From NCBI GenBank assembly GCA_963847625.1, contig CAWKAR010000060.1:101904-165903 (forward strand): a stretch of 64,000 nucleotides of DNA, read 5' to 3'. A program made the translations under genes and the position numbers. The DNA comes from a candidate division FCPU426 bacterium. Its GTDB lineage: Bacteria; Oederibacteriota; Muellerivitia; Muellerivitales; Muellerivitaceae. Shown piece after piece: positions 31,870 through 42,943 of this stretch. The notes below the pieces were generated by a model. The model had not been told where the DNA came from and did not search any database. It was given only the letters and a program-made list of their open reading frames with translations. Position 1 is the first letter of the stretch; the number at the start of each line of letters is the position of its first letter.

Positions 31870-33081
31870 TTATCTCGCTATTAATGATTTCAATTCCAAG
31901 TTCCATTTGCCCACAATGGATTTCTTGGAAAAATGGGTCTGGTAAACAGAGTGGCAATGTTTAAATATTGCGGTTTTTTGCTTCTGATCTTTCGAGAAAC
32001 GAATGAGTTCTTTTGCCACCGAGTCCAGATTATCCGATTTTAAAACCCACCCCACCCCGTATTCTTTGATCCATTTGGCAATGTCTGAAGTCTCGCTCCC
32101 CTCAAACAAAACAGGACGGCCCGCCGCCAAGGCTCCAAAAAATTTTGAAGGCACCACCATGCCAGACCATTCGGATCTTAAGGAAACGACATGAACATCT
32201 GGGGCGGATAGCCGGACCGAAAGCCGATCGGGTGGCGCAAAGGGGGCAAAGTGAATATTGGTGTCTTCTGGATTGACCGCCTGTTTTAATTCATCCAGCC
32301 GGCTTCCACGGGCGCTAAAGGTGAAAACTGCGGAGATACGCATCAATCGCGCCAGTTTCAAAGTCAAAACGTAATCGTGGGCCCTGCCAAAACTACCGGA
32401 ATAAAGAAGGCCCAACGTGCTTTCACCAAAAAGCTCTTTTCTTTCGCTAGGATCGAAATGTAAAGGTTCAGAGGGTTCCTCCAAGGCCCATGGGGTAAGC
32501 GTAACACCTGACTTCATGGAATAACCGGTTAAAAGTCCCCTCATGCAGGAACCTAAATCCACGACTAGGTCGCAAGATCGATAGGCCCATTTTAATAAGA
32601 ACCGTATCGCCCTAATAAAAATCCCTTTTTCTCCCACGAGACCATCCGCGATCGCGACTTCCGGATATAGGTCGTAACACCAATGGGCAATTCTTGTATT
32701 CGGTCGAAGAAATTTAAGTAAAGGGGAAAGTAACATGGTGAAAATGGGATTTGATCCCGTCAAAATAACATTTGGTTTTAAACTTGGAGAAAAAAGAAGT
32801 CTCAGCCACCAATAGATAAGCACCCATATATTAGTAATGATACGTCCCAGGAAGGTATGTTGGCGAATTTCCGGCTTCCAAACACGTCGTACTAAAACAC
32901 CGTTCCGTACCTCACTTTTAAGGCTGTAGGTTTTTTCAGGGTTATGACAAGCCCTGTTGCTTGGCCAAATCTCAACATCCCAACCGCGTTCAAACAATCC
33001 ATCGCAAAAGTCGGCATAAAGTAACGCGCTGACCACGTCATCGGGATAGTAGTGGTCGTAAAGGACAAGGATTTTAAACAT
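31870..33081 (-). CDS. Glycosyltransferase family 4
   Basis: YYPD, DLYPE, YSGSFGRAH, VVPSKFFGALAAGRPV. Confidence 0.9.
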   Translation of the reverse strand: MFKILVLYDHYYPDDVVSALLYADFCDGLFERGWDVEIWPSNRACHNPEKTYSLKSEVRNGVLVRRVWKPEIRQHTFLGRIITNIWVLIYWWLRLLFSPSLKPNVILTGSNPIFTMLLSPLLKFLRPNTRIAHWCYDLYPEVAIADGLVGEKGIFIRAIRFLLKWAYRSCDLVVDLGSCMRGLLTGYSMKSGVTLTPWALEEPSEPLHFDPSERKELFGESTLGLLYSGSFGRAHDYVLTLKLARLMRISAVFTFSARGSRLDELKQAVNPEDTNIHFAPFAPPDRLSVRLSAPDVHVVSLRSEWSGMVVPSKFFGALAAGRPVLFEGSETSDIAKWIKEYGVGWVLKSDNLDSVAKELIRFSKDQKQKTAIFKHCHSVYQTHFSKKSIVGKWNLELKSLIAR

Positions 33082-33350
33082 TTGAATATGATGAACCTAT
33101 CAATTTTTACTTGTAGAACCATACTAACGTTTCTTCAACCACCCGTTCAATTGAATTAGATTATCTTGGCAAAAATATTATGATGAAAGATTTGGAAGTT
33201 TTCATGCAATAGCCACGCGCAAAGATCCGTAAATAACTGGGTACACACCACATCGTCTGGATCGTGATAAGTTGTTCCTGGAGGCTTTGATAAAACCGGC
33301 GCAATATCTTTTATAATCTCCAAAATTTAACTATAGATGAAATTGAGATT

Positions 33351-34325
33351 TTAACTTTCAAAGAAGCTGTATCCCCCTAATAGACTTTGTATGAATTGAA
33401 TACCCTTTACGGAGAGATATCCCGCACAACAAAAAAGCACTATTTGTCTTGGAGCGGTTCTCCGGGAATTTGTTAAGTACTCTTCAACAATCATCAGGAA
33501 GTAGATGATGTTTAATCGGCCATCGCCGATTATCAACGCTACGGACAAAAACACCGCAATACTAACAACAGCTATTTGGAAGCGATCACTCAAGATCAAC
33601 ATAATAATTGAAATTGCGATCAACTTGTAGGGTACCGTAAATAAATATTGACTCGAGTAGTATTGTATCTTTTGGAGAATTACCTGTTGTTGGTAAAAGC
33701 CTAGCGCGATCAATAGAACTATTGCGTATCTAACTACTTTGTCATTGCGCTTTGTCAGTAAATAATTTATACCTGAAATCATAATAAAAATTAACATCTC
33801 ATAGTGCGATAGGACAGCCCCGATGAGTAGCGCCCAACGAATGCGTTTTTCTTGCACCAGCCATGAAAAAGCTAAAAATAAAAAAGCAATCTTCAAACGA
33901 AGAGCCCCAAAGCCGAGCATCAAAATATAATAGTTGGTGAGCACGAAAGGCGCCCAGTACCACAGATTGACGGAACGTTTTCTTAACAGCTGGAATAGTC
34001 CAAGTGCCAGGGGAATATTGAGCAAATTATTTGCCATAGCCACGTTGGTAAATTTGCCGAATATGTAGAAAACAAGGAAGGATATTGGCTCGGAAGCGCC
34101 GGCAGTAAGCCTAAAAATATTGTAACCATCCACAATTGACCTATTTTTAATTACGTCAAAAGAAGCCTCATATATTATTCCATCTGGGTAAGTATCGAAC
34201 GGCGCAAAGCTCCGACTCGCAAAAAAGATAATATATACGAGCACTAAACTGATAATAAAATCTATAAAGGTCTGATCAAACTGAAGAAGTTTAACAGCAA
34301 AACGATAAAAATTTGGGCTCTTCAC
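33351..34325 (-). CDS. Multi-pass membrane protein, putative Wzy/EpsG-like polymerase
   Basis: Many TM segments, D..IY, EP.SF, LR..IAF and SH motifs; the only such unassigned membrane gene in a wzx locus. Confidence 0.6.
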   Translation of the reverse strand: MKSPNFYRFAVKLLQFDQTFIDFIISLVLVYIIFFASRSFAPFDTYPDGIIYEASFDVIKNRSIVDGYNIFRLTAGASEPISFLVFYIFGKFTNVAMANNLLNIPLALGLFQLLRKRSVNLWYWAPFVLTNYYILMLGFGALRLKIAFLFLAFSWLVQEKRIRWALLIGAVLSHYEMLIFIMISGINYLLTKRNDKVVRYAIVLLIALGFYQQQVILQKIQYYSSQYLFTVPYKLIAISIIMLILSDRFQIAVVSIAVFLSVALIIGDGRLNIIYFLMIVEEYLTNSRRTAPRQIVLFCCAGYLSVKGIQFIQSLLGGYSFFES

Positions 34326-34514
34326 GCCATTACTTCCATTGTGGGATAGTATCTATGCTCAACATATCGATACAATAAAAATTTTCCAGATAACCACCAT
34401 CCGCATCCACTTTCCATCTAGAGTCATAACCGATACAGGAGAACTTGTCGTGGAACGCTTTTACATATCCATTCAGTAAATAACTAAGGCGATTTAGAGA
34501 ATGGGAAAAAGCCC

Positions 34515-35486
34515 TTACAAGACAGGATGATTATGCTTTTCCTGCCATGCCAGAATCATTTCACGCACAACATCATGCATCCGAAACTTTGCTGACCAGC
34601 CAAGATCTTTGGCCACACGTGAAGGATCGCCTTGACTCCAAGATAAGTCTGTAGGCCTGAATAGCACAGGGTTAGACACAACATGCTCACGCCAATCCAT
34701 GTTTAAGTATTCAAACGCAGTACTCACAAAGGATTCGAGTGAACAGCTTTGGCCCGTGGCCAGAACGTAATCACGCGGCTCATCTTGCTGTAGAATACGC
34801 CACATTCCTTCGACATATTCAGGTGCCCAACCCCAATCGCGAACAATATCTAAACGACCGAGTTCAATACGCTCACCCGAGCCTTGAGCAATGCGGCAAG
34901 CCCCTGAAACAATCTTTTGTGTAACAAAGCGCTCCGGCCTCAATGGTGACTCATGGTTGAAAAGAATTCCGTTACAAGCGTGCAGTCCGTAGGATTCACG
35001 GTAATTTGTTACCAACCAATGCGCAGAAGCTTTAGCCACGGCATATGGGCTGCGTGGTGCAAAAGGTGTATTTTCATTAGCAGCGGATTTCCCTATATCA
35101 CCAAAGCTCTCGCTTGTACTGGCATGATACAATCGAGTAGACAGGCACAACAACCTGATTGCCTCCATTAGGTTAAGCACCCCTATCGTGTTACTTTCAA
35201 GAGATTCAACAGGTTGCTCGAAGGATAAGCCCACCGAACTCTGGCCTGCCAGAAAGTAAACCTCGTCAGGGTTGCATTCATGTAATACTGTCATAACACT
35301 GCGAAAATCGTTAGTCGCCATGGATCGCGTGACAACTTTTTCGCGTATCTGCAATCGATTAAGATTAACGAACGTAGCCATCTGGGCATCGCGTGAAGTG
35401 CCCCATACCTCATAGCCTTTATCGCACAACAAGCGGGCTAAGTAAGCGCCATCTTGTCCACCCACGCCGCAAACTAAAGCTTTCAT
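34515..35486 (-). CDS. gmd: GDP-mannose 4,6-dehydratase family
   Basis: GVGGQDGAYL, AGQSSV, PRSPYAVAK, GILFNHES, RDWG. Confidence 0.88.
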   Translation of the reverse strand: MKALVCGVGGQDGAYLARLLCDKGYEVWGTSRDAQMATFVNLNRLQIREKVVTRSMATNDFRSVMTVLHECNPDEVYFLAGQSSVGLSFEQPVESLESNTIGVLNLMEAIRLLCLSTRLYHASTSESFGDIGKSAANENTPFAPRSPYAVAKASAHWLVTNYRESYGLHACNGILFNHESPLRPERFVTQKIVSGACRIAQGSGERIELGRLDIVRDWGWAPEYVEGMWRILQQDEPRDYVLATGQSCSLESFVSTAFEYLNMDWREHVVSNPVLFRPTDLSWSQGDPSRVAKDLGWSAKFRMHDVVREMILAWQEKHNHPVL

Positions 35487-35540
35487 TATATTTCCACCTT
35501 CAAAGGGGTATTTTGTAAATCAGTCTTTATCAAATTTTCG

Positions 35541-36707
35541 TCAATAATCATCGGTATAAGCCTTGAAATGGCCTTTAAGCCAATTGTTAATATTAAATTC
35601 CGTAGCATATTTTCGATTTGCAGGCACTCGTGCCAAGCATTCAACCCTGCTCGAGTTAAAAACATTTGTTACTGCGTTCGCCATTTCTTCGACATTTAAT
35701 GGATCCACTGTAATAGCACGCCCGTGAGCTAACTCCAGCATGGAGGTGGTAGCCGATGTAATGACGGGAGCCCCAGTCGCCATCGCCTCAATAATAGGTA
35801 ACCCAAAACCCTCTGCAATACTACAATACATCAGAGCCGCACTATTTCCCATAAGCACTACTAAGTCCGGCTGCGGAACATAGCCGAGTACTATAACCTT
35901 GGAGTTAATTTCCGGTTTTTCGATAAGAGCCAAAACGTCCCTCGATAATGATGTTTTAAGACCCGTCAATGCATACTTAACATCTGAGTTCTCATGCCGC
36001 GTGGCCAACGCGAAGGCTTGTATTTGGCGTACCAAGTTTTTCCGTGGGGCAAGAAATCCAGAAGAAATTAAATACTTTCCCTTTTGAAGGCCGTAACGAC
36101 TAACCACATTTTGAGCAGTCATTGGGTCAGACTGTTTAAAATACATTGGATCAATGCCGGGATAAACCACCCGAATACGGTTGGCATTTAAGCCCGTGGC
36201 ATCGATAATCTGTAACTTAACGTACTCAGAAATTGCAAAAATATATTGGGCACGATTTTTGGTAAAATCAAGAAACTCTCTAGTCAAACGGACAGACCTT
36301 TTGCTAAACCACTGAGGATATCCCAGCGGGAGAATATCTGGCACAGTTATAGAGAATCGTTCCTTTCCCGTATCGTAGATGTCCCAGTTCCAAACATGAT
36401 TGATTGATCCTGAAAGTTGTGGCCCACGCCATGCCCCCGTCTTAATTAATACCTGAAGCGGCCGCCGCAGCCAATCGGGCCACCACGAGGGCGCTGCAGA
36501 CTGATAATCCGGCCCGACAATCGAGTGAATTTCGCGGTGATACAAACCTGAGCGGTCATAGAAAAGAACATCAAAATCATTATGTAATTCCAGATTTTCT
36601 GCCCAAGCGTTAACATAGGCCCAAAAAAGATTTTGAACTCCGGTACGATAGCGCCATGCCAAACCACTGACATCAATTGCAACCCTTGTTTTCATTTCGA
36701 GTAGCAA
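35541..36707 (-). CDS. Glycosyltransferase family 4 (MtfB/WbdA-like)
   Basis: TGV, PRKN, EGFGLPIIEAM. Confidence 0.92.
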   Translation of the reverse strand: MLLEMKTRVAIDVSGLAWRYRTGVQNLFWAYVNAWAENLELHNDFDVLFYDRSGLYHREIHSIVGPDYQSAAPSWWPDWLRRPLQVLIKTGAWRGPQLSGSINHVWNWDIYDTGKERFSITVPDILPLGYPQWFSKRSVRLTREFLDFTKNRAQYIFAISEYVKLQIIDATGLNANRIRVVYPGIDPMYFKQSDPMTAQNVVSRYGLQKGKYLISSGFLAPRKNLVRQIQAFALATRHENSDVKYALTGLKTSLSRDVLALIEKPEINSKVIVLGYVPQPDLVVLMGNSAALMYCSIAEGFGLPIIEAMATGAPVITSATTSMLELAHGRAITVDPLNVEEMANAVTNVFNSSRVECLARVPANRKYATEFNINNWLKGHFKAYTDDY

Positions 36708-36916
36708 CCTCCAATCAACCAGAAAATAGGTGGGTTAAAAGGCGCCTAAATCAATTCTAAATAAGTCTTAAAAGGCATCCTATTCGAATTGCGAAAAAAT
36801 TCACCTACCAGCAGCAACACCTTTCCGGCGCAAACGACACTGTTGTGAAGTATCCCCCACACGTCATTAAGCATTATAGTGAATTTTTTTGATTACTTTC
36901 TAAATTCAATAAATTC

Positions 36917-38026
36917 TTATTTATATTTATTTTCAATCGCATCATTATACGCAGCAAATGTTTTTTCAAAACATTTTTTCCACGTGAATCTTTTTAAATG
37001 TTCTAACCCATAATAAATTAACCTGTTACGAAGTTTAATATTAAAAAGAGATTTCAGAGCAAGCGAATATGAATCAACATTTTGTTCGGGGACACAGATG
37101 GCGGAGTTTCCAGCGATCTCAGGAAGTGAAGATGTAGCAGAACATACTACTGGGCAGCCGGCTCGCATCGCTTCCAATACCGGCATTCCAAAGCCTTCGT
37201 AATCCGAGGGATAAATCAAAGCAAAGGCACTGTTGTAATATTCGTTTAATTTTTTTACAGAAACGTAGCCTAAACAATGCCAGCGTTCTGGGATTGCTTT
37301 ATTGAGTGATTCATACTCATTAGAGTCAATTTCCCTGCCTATTATTAACAAATGAAGACGGGGAATATTTTGTATTGCACGCAAGGCCAAGTCAAACCGC
37401 TTGTAACCTCTTCGTTCACCGACAAATACGACATATGGTTGCTTAATATCAATCGGGCTGAATTGATTTTTGGTTTCAAGAGGATGAAAATCATCACTAA
37501 CTCCAAGATGAATTACACGCACCTGGGAAACATCAAAATCCGGGATATATTTCATAAGATCATTTTTAGTATTATTAGAAATACAGATAACTATATCGGC
37601 TTTGCGGATGGAATGAAATTTCTGTTTCGAATGGACAATTTTTGGTAAACCGGTTCTATAACGCTCATACATAAAATCATAAACAGTTACGACATTGGCA
37701 AGACCCTTTTCCCTGCACGTGCGGTAATAGCTGGAATGAAAAACTCCCATTCTTCCCTTTGGCTTTACAATTTTTGCCGGCATATATCGCGAGATATTCA
37801 GCGGAAAATATTCAACGCAAGAAGGCAGATGTTCGCAAATCCATTCATTAAAAACATTCGAGCAATTTGATTTTTGATAAGTCTGATAAAAAGGAATACC
37901 TTCGTTGAAAAGAAACTGATTTAAGGCAAACCAATAGCTAGAAATTCCACCGCTTTTTTGTAACCAAAAAATAATTCCATCAAGATAGATATCGTATGAA
38001 AATTTATTTCTTTTAGAATGACTCAT
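36917..38026 (-). CDS. Glycosyltransferase family 4
   Basis: QKSGGIS, HSSYYR, YPSDYEGFGMPVLEAM. Confidence 0.93.
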   Translation of the reverse strand: MSHSKRNKFSYDIYLDGIIFWLQKSGGISSYWFALNQFLFNEGIPFYQTYQKSNCSNVFNEWICEHLPSCVEYFPLNISRYMPAKIVKPKGRMGVFHSSYYRTCREKGLANVVTVYDFMYERYRTGLPKIVHSKQKFHSIRKADIVICISNNTKNDLMKYIPDFDVSQVRVIHLGVSDDFHPLETKNQFSPIDIKQPYVVFVGERRGYKRFDLALRAIQNIPRLHLLIIGREIDSNEYESLNKAIPERWHCLGYVSVKKLNEYYNSAFALIYPSDYEGFGMPVLEAMRAGCPVVCSATSSLPEIAGNSAICVPEQNVDSYSLALKSLFNIKLRNRLIYYGLEHLKRFTWKKCFEKTFAAYNDAIENKYK

Positions 38027-38048
38027 TTATAGACTCATTAATTAAATT

Positions 38049-38936
38049 CTAAAATTGTTTCCTAAGGATTTCAAAATGTCTTGCAGCGCTAACGCGATTT
38101 TTGACTCGATTAATATTCCGAATAAATAACGTATTACCAGGACTTGAATATCCTTTTTCTAAGTTGCAGAACTGTCGCGTTAAAGGGTCATACGAATACC
38201 CAAAAAAATTGTTCTTCGACATTATGACGACAATTTCTTCATCGCAATATCCGTAACGAATTCCGCTTCCATTAGTTTCAATTAAAACAGCGGACAAAGA
38301 AAGTTTTTTCAAAGTTTTCTTTGCTCCTTTCAAAACCGGCACTTCATAACCTTCAACATCAATCTTCATAACCGAAGGATTTTTATTTCCGAGAATTCTA
38401 TCCAAAGTTTCGGTTTTCACCTTAATTGTGTCGCTAGTGTTTTTCTCTATGAGAACATGATTCATGCAGTCTTCATTAACGGTAAATTGAAGATAACCTG
38501 GTTTATCACTAAGGCCCATATTCAAGACTCGGACTCGTGTTTCCAAGTGATTGAGATGGATGTTTTCACATAAACGTTTATAAGTCGGCAAAACCGGCTC
38601 AAAAGAATAACCCTTAGCCCTTTTAACTCCGCAGGAAAGCAACGTATACGAACCCGCATTAGCGCCGATATCAATGAATAAATCTTTTTCGTTGATGTAA
38701 TGAAGCATAAATGCCATATCATTAAATTCATGAAGACCCGTGTAAATATTTCCGGTTAAACCTGTCTCCCCAGGGCGAACAAAGAATTTAATTCCGTTCA
38801 ACCAGGGATAAACTATTTCACCGTGAATTAATCGACTCCCAATTTGCCATTTTAAAAAGCGGCAAATGGAGCCAATCCGATTTGACTTATTTAAGGGATG
38901 TGAAACAATAAAATGAAATGTATTTAAGAGATCCAT
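38049..38936 (-). CDS. FkbM family methyltransferase
   Basis: DIGANAG, FEP, KIDVEGYE. Confidence 0.93.
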   Translation of the reverse strand: MDLLNTFHFIVSHPLNKSNRIGSICRFLKWQIGSRLIHGEIVYPWLNGIKFFVRPGETGLTGNIYTGLHEFNDMAFMLHYINEKDLFIDIGANAGSYTLLSCGVKRAKGYSFEPVLPTYKRLCENIHLNHLETRVRVLNMGLSDKPGYLQFTVNEDCMNHVLIEKNTSDTIKVKTETLDRILGNKNPSVMKIDVEGYEVPVLKGAKKTLKKLSLSAVLIETNGSGIRYGYCDEEIVVIMSKNNFFGYSYDPLTRQFCNLEKGYSSPGNTLFIRNINRVKNRVSAARHFEILRKQF

Positions 38937-39112
38937 TATTAACTCTTAGAAATTTTATTCGGTTTTAAAAATACTCGTTTCCCAAACACCTTTTCATTTA
39001 TATTTCAGAATTTCATAGCGTCTATTTTTCAGAATTTCCTAAATACACATAATCTTGTTCCCACAACCGGTCTATAGCGCGAATTAATCAGTAGTACTAA
39101 CAATGGTGCAGA

Positions 39113-40267
39113 TTACCGCAATGCGTTCAAGATTCCATCTGTTGTTTTTTGAACAGTAAAAGATTTAATCAATTTACCAGCTTCTCGTCCCATTTTTTTG
39201 GTCAAACCGGGATTATTATAAAATTTTTTTATAAGTTCACTCAAAGTATTCAAATCGCCAATTGGGAATATAAATCCTGTTTTCCCCGGCTTAATAAGAT
39301 CAAATCTACAACCCACTTGGTCGCTTACGATGACTGGAAGATCAAATTGCATGGCCTCGTTGACAACTAAGCCCCAAGTTTCATGATTGGAGGGTAAAAC
39401 AAAAAGGTTGGAAGAACTGTAATATTTCCCCAACTCACTTTGATTTACGAATCCAATCCATCGAAAACGATCTCCTAATATTTCTTTGCCAAGGGATATA
39501 ACTTTATCCTTTAATGGTCCATCGCCCATCATAAATACTTTTAAATTTACGGCGTCCTTTAGGGGCCGAAAGGATTCCAAAAATAACAAAGGTTCTTTTC
39601 GCGGTATAAATTTAGCGGAAAATAAAACAACGAAATCATTTTGGCGGATGCCAAGATTTTCCCGGGCTTTCTTATATTTTTTCTTTTGTTTTTCAAATAA
39701 GTTTGTATCAACTGTGTATGGCGAATAATAAAGCCTTTTTTTTGAAACCCCATGCTTCGAAAGGTGTTGCTTAGCGTTTTCGCCGATATAGCAAAATGCA
39801 TCAATTTTTTTGTAAAGCCATTTCAAATACCAATATCGAATTATGCTTTTTAACCAAGATCTTTTGCCGATGTCTGAAAATTCGGCTCGCATTAAAATTT
39901 TGATGCCGGCAGATTTAGCTGCAGAGATCAATTGCCTTTCAAACGCATTTGAATAACTGATAATAAGAATCCAATCGAAATTATATTTATTTAATAATGT
40001 TTTGGGGTCTCGGATCTTAATAGAATTAGGTTTTTGAAGATTTGAATTTCTCTCCAAAAAGACACTTTTATATCCTTGGAGAAGGGGTACATCCCATGCG
40101 ATGGGCCTGTTGAATCCGGGATCAATGCCCCCGCGAACGCTTTGGTCACTAAAATAGAAAACGGTCAAATCGACATCTTTTTTTTGTGACAATATTTTCC
40201 ATATAGGAACGTGATATTGAATCGGATGTGTTGTAAAAACACCCAGTTTTATTAATTTATTTTTCAT
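39113..40267 (-). CDS. Glycosyltransferase family 4
   Basis: THPIQY, GFVNQSE, LPSNHETWGLVVNEAM. Confidence 0.93.
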   Translation of the reverse strand: MKNKLIKLGVFTTHPIQYHVPIWKILSQKKDVDLTVFYFSDQSVRGGIDPGFNRPIAWDVPLLQGYKSVFLERNSNLQKPNSIKIRDPKTLLNKYNFDWILIISYSNAFERQLISAAKSAGIKILMRAEFSDIGKRSWLKSIIRYWYLKWLYKKIDAFCYIGENAKQHLSKHGVSKKRLYYSPYTVDTNLFEKQKKKYKKARENLGIRQNDFVVLFSAKFIPRKEPLLFLESFRPLKDAVNLKVFMMGDGPLKDKVISLGKEILGDRFRWIGFVNQSELGKYYSSSNLFVLPSNHETWGLVVNEAMQFDLPVIVSDQVGCRFDLIKPGKTGFIFPIGDLNTLSELIKKFYNNPGLTKKMGREAGKLIKSFTVQKTTDGILNALR

Positions 40268-40301
40268 ATTATCTAATTAAATATTTTTTTATAATTTTTG
40301 T

Positions 40302-41375
40302 TCATCTTTGTTCCTTCTTTTCAATCTTGCTGATAAAGTGCTGATACTCTTGATACTGTCCCTGGTTTCTTTGAACCCGTTTGGCCCGCAGGTATCTGCG
40401 GAAGGAAATCAAAGAATCAAAAACCAAACGTGCGAATGGGACATATTGGCATGTATTTATCATGCCTATTAGAAGAAGATACCGCAACCAGCCACCGAAT
40501 TGATCCCGAAGCACTTCGGCAGCCTTTCTAGCGTCCATAAGATACTTTTTTGAAAGATAGGCAACACCCAACGTAAATAATCCCTCATTAAACTTTCCCA
40601 AAAGGACATGTTCAGCATGATCCCGAACATCCATAGAGACACCCTTGTCCTCGGTTAGATTATGAATCATTTTCAACACTCCCGGCCACATGGTGTCAAA
40701 TCGATAATATGGCGATTGAATTTGAGCCATCGTAAATTTATATATCGCGCCAGGCCGCTTAGAAACCACGAACGGACAACGGGCCGCCATTCGCAGTGTG
40801 AAGTCTTGATCGACAAACTTGCCCGTTTCCCGGTCAAGAAAACCAACCTTTTCAATGGCTGTTTTTCTAAATAAGATGCCAGTCCATTCCGAATGTCCGC
40901 GCTCCAATATTGCCATTAATCCACTTGGTGGTTGATAGAATCCTGGAGTCCATGTTTCTAGAGCCGTTCTCTGGATGCACCCTTGAATGCCCACATGGAT
41001 TACATCGGTGACGGAAAACATTGCAGTTGGATGGCTTTCAAAGCCAGCAAGGGCCGTTTCATAGAATTCGGGTAGGACAAGGTCATCGTCCGATAATAAA
41101 GAGAAAAACGGTGTCTCCACGTGCTCCAAACCATATTGGAAATTATCAAATGCACCTATATTCGACGAATGGCAATAGTATTTTACGCGAGGGTCAGCCT
41201 TAGCCATTTTGGCGACAACCAAAGCCGTATCATCCCCTGAAGCGTTGTCATAAACGCATACCTGGAAATGAGGATAGGTTTGTTTTAACACACTACGAAT
41301 TGCTTCCTTCAACTGCTTTGGGCGCCGATAAGTTGGGATAATCGTGGTAATGGTTGGCTTCAATGTCTCATTCAT
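40302..41375 (-). CDS. Glycosyltransferase family 2
   Basis: IIPTYRR, YDNASGDDT, LSDDD. Confidence 0.93.
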   Translation of the reverse strand: MNETLKPTITTIIPTYRRPKQLKEAIRSVLKQTYPHFQVCVYDNASGDDTALVVAKMAKADPRVKYYCHSSNIGAFDNFQYGLEHVETPFFSLLSDDDLVLPEFYETALAGFESHPTAMFSVTDVIHVGIQGCIQRTALETWTPGFYQPPSGLMAILERGHSEWTGILFRKTAIEKVGFLDRETGKFVDQDFTLRMAARCPFVVSKRPGAIYKFTMAQIQSPYYRFDTMWPGVLKMIHNLTEDKGVSMDVRDHAEHVLLGKFNEGLFTLGVAYLSKKYLMDARKAAEVLRDQFGGWLRYLLLIGMINTCQYVPFARLVFDSLISFRRYLRAKRVQRNQGQYQEYQHFISKIEKKEQR

Positions 41376-41411
41376 TTCAAAGACTCCGTAATTTTTCGTA
41401 CATGGTTGTAT

Positions 41412-42914
41412 TCAAAACGCAGCCAAAAACGACTTGATTCTTATTACAACGGAAAGTTGATTGGCAGCGCAAGCAGAAGCAACAAGAGTAGCTCCGCTTA
41501 ACACAACTATACTTATCAAGAGCATTAAGGGTGACCAATCAGACTTAATGATACAACGTCCGATTACACACACCATAAGCCCCGCTAAAAGAGGACGTCC
41601 GACATCCTCGAAATACCAGCGCCATTTCTCGGAAGTCAGTAGCCGTCGATGCATGATCTGGATTGAAAAGAGGATGTAACCCGCGTTTAAGATCACCCAT
41701 ACACTAGCAGCACCCACAACGCCATACCATTTTGTGAGGACAATCATAAGCGGCACCATGAGCAGAACGGAAATAAGATTGACATAAAAGGTGAGCCGTG
41801 TCCATCCGGTGGCCAATTGCAGGGCGTAGGGAATGTTCATGAGACCGTTAAAGGCTGTACCAATGACAAGAATGCTCACCAGCAAATAGGTATGCTCGAC
41901 TGTTACGGGACTCTGGGTCCACAACAATAGTATCTCTTTAGAAAAAAACGCGACTACGAACGCGGCAGGCAGTACAAGCACCGCCACTAATTGAGCGCTT
42001 TTATGATACAGTTTTATTATCTCATTCTTGGCACCCAACTCAACCAGGTTAGTCAATCGAGGATAAGTAGCTTGAAATACTGGGGAAATGAACCGATAGA
42101 GGGTCATGGCAACAGTAGATGCCAAGGTATAGTAACCAAACATCTCCAGTGTCAACATACGGCTTAGGATGATCTTATCCAATTGTGTGAGAAGGGTCGA
42201 TAATACCGTGATCCCGGTTATACCTGCGGCGAAGCGCCATATATTCAATAATAGTTCACGGCGGAAGCGCGGAGCTTCAGCGGCATGTGGCAAATTGCGC
42301 CAAAGAAAGAAAACTATCAATCCAATATTGATGGCGCTGACAACGAGTTGCCAGATAAAAAAAGCCTCAACGGTGGGCGAAACTAACCACAAGATTAATA
42401 CTACCCCAAGTCCGCGAAAAGTGGCCATGATTGCATTGATGACGTTTAGCACCACCTGTTGCTGAAGGCCCAGCAGTCCGCCTGAGTAAAAACTCATCGG
42501 CCATTGAAAAGCGATCACTAAACCCATGATTATGATGGCAGTTTGTACGCTTTTCGGAGAAAGATTTTTAGTATTCACCCAATAATGGGCAATGAAAGGG
42601 GATATCACGATGATAAAGACACTGATGAGCAAACCCACGGTCCAGTAAGGAATCTCCAAAGTTCTCACGAGATCTCTCATCTCCTGGGCCTTTTCCTTCT
42701 GCACGACCAGACGCGCCATTTCCCGGTTCAGAGTATTGCTCAATCCCATGTCGAGCAATCCAAAAATCGCCAATAGAGTGGCAAAAATGCCAACCAACCC
42801 GTAGGCCTCGATGCCCATGAAGTGGATATAGAGTGGCACAAAGACCAGGCTCATTAGCCCAATCCAAACATTGCCGCCAAAGTTAGCTACTATGTTTCTT
42901 TTGAGTACATTCAT
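41412..42914 (-). CDS. wzx: Wzx oligosaccharide flippase
   Basis: KRNIVAN, GIEAYG, LDMGL, QLDKIILS..FGYY; many TM helices. Confidence 0.9.
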   Translation of the reverse strand: MNVLKRNIVANFGGNVWIGLMSLVFVPLYIHFMGIEAYGLVGIFATLLAIFGLLDMGLSNTLNREMARLVVQKEKAQEMRDLVRTLEIPYWTVGLLISVFIIVISPFIAHYWVNTKNLSPKSVQTAIIIMGLVIAFQWPMSFYSGGLLGLQQQVVLNVINAIMATFRGLGVVLILWLVSPTVEAFFIWQLVVSAINIGLIVFFLWRNLPHAAEAPRFRRELLLNIWRFAAGITGITVLSTLLTQLDKIILSRMLTLEMFGYYTLASTVAMTLYRFISPVFQATYPRLTNLVELGAKNEIIKLYHKSAQLVAVLVLPAAFVVAFFSKEILLLWTQSPVTVEHTYLLVSILVIGTAFNGLMNIPYALQLATGWTRLTFYVNLISVLLMVPLMIVLTKWYGVVGAASVWVILNAGYILFSIQIMHRRLLTSEKWRWYFEDVGRPLLAGLMVCVIGRCIIKSDWSPLMLLISIVVLSGATLVASACAANQLSVVIRIKSFLAAF

Positions 42915-42943
42915 TCAAAGTAACTACCTATCGAAAAATATGT